A stretch of DNA of 63,685 nt, filler included, from Chiloscyllium plagiosum (lineage: Eukaryota), in assembly GCF_004010195.1 (NCBI RefSeq). It is 5 parts of one record of this genome, joined end to end, with 100 filler letters (N's around TTAATTAATTAA, not from the genome) between each part and the next. Parts side by side here need not be neighbours in the genome. Positions count along the whole stretch, not along the records: positions 60,779 to 63,685 come from NC_057715.1; 4 more parts are not named here. One strand, written 5' to 3'. Below the pieces are notes generated by a model. The model was not told the DNA's origin and searched no databases. It worked only from the letters and a program-made list of their open reading frames with translations. This document shows, piece by piece, positions 60,779-63,685 of this stretch; the first letter of the stretch is position 1, and the number at the start of each line of letters is the position of its first letter. The position numbers were made by a program, and so were the translations under genes.

Positions 60779-63685
60779 CAGTTTCACTAACCCAGGGAAC
60801 TGAGATCAGTTTCACTAAACCAGGGAACTGTGGCCAGTTTCACTAACCCAGGGAACTGAGACCTGTTTTACTAACCCGGAGGAACTGAGAGCAGTTTCAG
60901 TAACCCAGGGGAACTGAGGGCAATTTCACCAAAACAGGGGAACTGAGGCCAGTTTCACTAACCCAGGGAACTGAGGGCAGTTTCACTAACCCAGGGAACT
61001 GAGACCAGTTTCACTAACCCGGGGACCTCATGGCAATTTCACGAACCCAGGGAACTGAGGCCAGTTTCACTAAACTGAGGGAATTGATTTAGTTTCGCTA
61101 ACCCAGGGAACTGAGGGCAGTTTCACTAACCCAGGGAACTGAGATCAGTTTCACTAAACCAGGGAACTGTGGCCAGTTTCACTAACCCAGGGAACTGAGG
61201 CCAGTTTCACAAACCTGGGGGAACTGAGGGCAGTTTCACTAACCCCGGAGAACTGAGGCCAGTTTCACTAACCCGGGGAACTGAGACCAGTTTCACTAAC
61301 CCGGGGGGAACTGAACCAGTTTCACTAACCCGGGGAACTGAGGCCACTTTTACTAACCCGGGGAACTGAGGCCAGTTTTACTAACCCGGGAGAACTAAGG
61401 CCAGTTTTACTAACCCACGGAACTGAGACCAGTTTCACTAACCCGGGGGAACTGAGGGCAGTTTCACTAACCCGGGGGAACTGAGGGCAGTTTCACTACC
61501 CCAGGGAACTGGGGGCAGTTTCACTAACCCGGAGGAAATGAGGGCAGTTTCACGACCCCAGGGAACTGAGGCCAGTTTCACTAACCCGAGGAACTGAGAC
61601 CAGCTTCACTAACCCAGGGAACTGAGAACAGTTTCACTAACCCGGGGGAAATGAGGGCAGTTTCACTAACCCAGGGGGAACTGAGGGCAGTTTCAAAAAC
61701 CCGGGGGAACTGAGACCGGCTTCACTAACCCAGGGAACTGAGGACAGTTTCACTAACCCGGGGGAAATGAGGGCAGTTTCACTAACCCAGGTGGAACTGA
61801 GGGCAGTTTCACTAACCCGGGGAACTGAGGGCAGTTTCACTAACCTGGGGGAACTGAGGCCAGTTTCACTCACCGAAGGAACTGAGACCAGTTTCACTAA
61901 CCCGGGGAAGTGAGACTAGTTTCACTAACCCGGGGGAACTGAGACCAGTTTCACTACCCCAGGGAACTGAGACCAGTTTCACTAACCCGTGGAACTGAGA
62001 CCAGTTTCACGAACCCAGGGAACTGAGACCAGTTTCACTAACCCGGGGAACTGAGACCAGTTTCACTACCCAGGGAACTGAGGTCAGTTTCACTCACCCG
62101 GGGAACTGAGACCGGCTTCACTAACCCAGGGAATGAGGCCAGTTTCACTAACCCGGGGGAAATGAGAGCAGTTTCACTAACCCAGGGAACTGAGGGCAGT
62201 TTCACTAACCCAGGGGGAACTGAGGGCAGTTTCACTAACTTGGTGAACTGAGACCGGCTTCACTAACCCAGGGAACTGAGGCAAGTTTCACTAACCCGGG
62301 GGAACTGAGGCCAGTTTTACTAACCCAGGGAACTGAGGCCAGTTTCACTAACCCGGGGAAATGAGGCCAGCCTGACTCACCCATGGAACTGAGGGTAGTT
62401 TCACTAACCCGGGGGAACTGAGGCCAGTTTCCCTCATCCGGGAGACCTGTGACCAGTTTCACTAACCCAGGGAACTGAGACCTGTTTTACTAACCCAGAG
62501 GAACTGAGAGCAGTTTCAGTAACCCAGGGGAACTGAGGGCAATTTCACCAAAACAGGGGAACTGAGTCCACTTTCACTAACCCGGTGAAGTCATGGCAAT
62601 TTCACGAACCCAGGGCACTGAGGCCAGTTTCACTAAACCGAGGGCATTGAGGTTAGTTTCACTAACCCAGGGAACTGAGGCCAGTTTCACTAACCTGGGG
62701 GAGTGAGGCCAGTTTCATTAACCCGGGGAACTGAGGCCAGTTTCACTAACCTGGGGAACTGAGACCGGTTTCACTAACCCAGGGAACTGATGCCAGTTAC
62801 ACTAACCCGGGGGAACTGAGGGCAGTTTCACTAACCCGGGGGAACTGAGGGCAGTTTCACTAACTTGGTGAGCTGAGGCCAGTTTTACTAACACAGGGAA
62901 CTGAGGGCAGTTTCACTAACCCGGGGGAACTGAGGGTAGTTTCACTAACCCAGGGAACTGAGACCAGTTTCACTAACCCGGGGGAACTGAGGGTAGTTTC
63001 ACTAACCCAGGGAACTGAGCCCAGTTTCACTAACCCGGGGAACTGAGGCCAATTTCACTAACCCGGGGAACTGAGACCAGTTTCACTAACCCAGGAAACT
63101 GAGGGCAGTTTCACTAACCCTGGGGAACTGAGGGCAATTTCACTAAAACAGGGGAACTGAGGCCAGTTTCACGAACCCAGGGAACTGAGGGCAGTTTCAC
63201 TAACCTAGAGGAACTGAGGGCGGTTTCACTAACCTGGGTAACTGAGACCGGTTTCACTAACCCGGGGGAACTGAGACCAGTTTCAATAACCCGGGGGAAC
63301 TGAGACCAGTTTCACTAACCCAGAGGAACTGAGACCGGTTTCACTAACCCGGGGGAACTGAGACCAGTTTCACTACCCCAGGGAACTGAGACCAGTTTCA
63401 ATAACCCGGGGGAACTGACGCCAGTTTCACTAACCCGGGGAACGGGGGGCAGTTTCACTACCCCAGGGAACTGAGACCAGTTTCACTAACCCGGGGGAAC
63501 TGAGGGCAGTTTCAATAGCCCGTGGGAACTGAGGTCAGTTTCACTCACCTGGGGAACTGAGACCGGCTTCACTAACCCAGGGAATGAGGCCAGTTTCACT
63601 AACCCGGGGGAAATGAGGGCAGTTTCACTAACCCAGGGAACTGAGGGCAGTTTCACTAACCCAGGGGAATCTGACGGCCGTTTCA
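60779..63685. repeat. Tandem satellite/minisatellite, 29-32-bp unit CAGTTTCACTAACCC(A/G)GGG(G)AACTGAG(AC/GC/GG)
   Basis: Roughly 95 head-to-tail diverged copies running to the window end. Confidence 0.98.

Noticed and set aside
61637..62462. Minus-strand ORFs with repeated LVKLPSVP
   Set aside because: These are translations of the satellite; variable unit length breaks the frame.
60779..63685. CRISPR-like array of ~30-bp partly palindromic repeats
   Set aside because: Units are head-to-tail with no unique spacers, there are no cas genes, and the context is vertebrate.

Overview
Repeat-rich vertebrate genomic DNA. The HE1-type SINEs, HER1/CR1 LINEs and SacSINE1-like SINEs point to an elasmobranch, most likely a shark (inference). 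The window consists of five contigs joined by 100-bp N-TTAATTAATTAA-N spacers. The only confidently recognisable host gene fragment is the last coding exon of a glutamate carboxypeptidase II-family gene (NAALAD2/FOLH1) on the minus strand at 54922-55108. Downstream of it on the same strand is a series of splice-site-bounded, mostly phase-compatible exon candidates (52620-52694, 50676-50776, 48034-48138, 30615-30690, 29395-29511, 26333-26398) that could form an unrecognised gene. Most of the rest is decayed CR1, L2-like and L1 LINE fragments, SINEs and two MITE copies. The most striking structure is a set of Penelope-like elements (PLEs): (1) a 3-kb RT+GIY-YIG element bracketed by ~700-bp inverted pseudo-LTRs, each with a minimal hammerhead ribozyme, and a 12-bp TSD; (2) a second PLE family spanning a gap; (3) about ten 60-220-bp mini-elements made only of PLE 3' ends, several of them fold-back palindromes with TSDs and hammerhead cores. 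A 65-nt near-perfect hairpin lies at 49625-49689. The window ends in a ~2.9-kb satellite of ~30-bp units, nearly all carrying one telomere-type TAACCC inside a small inverted repeat. Boundaries of decayed repeats are approximate.
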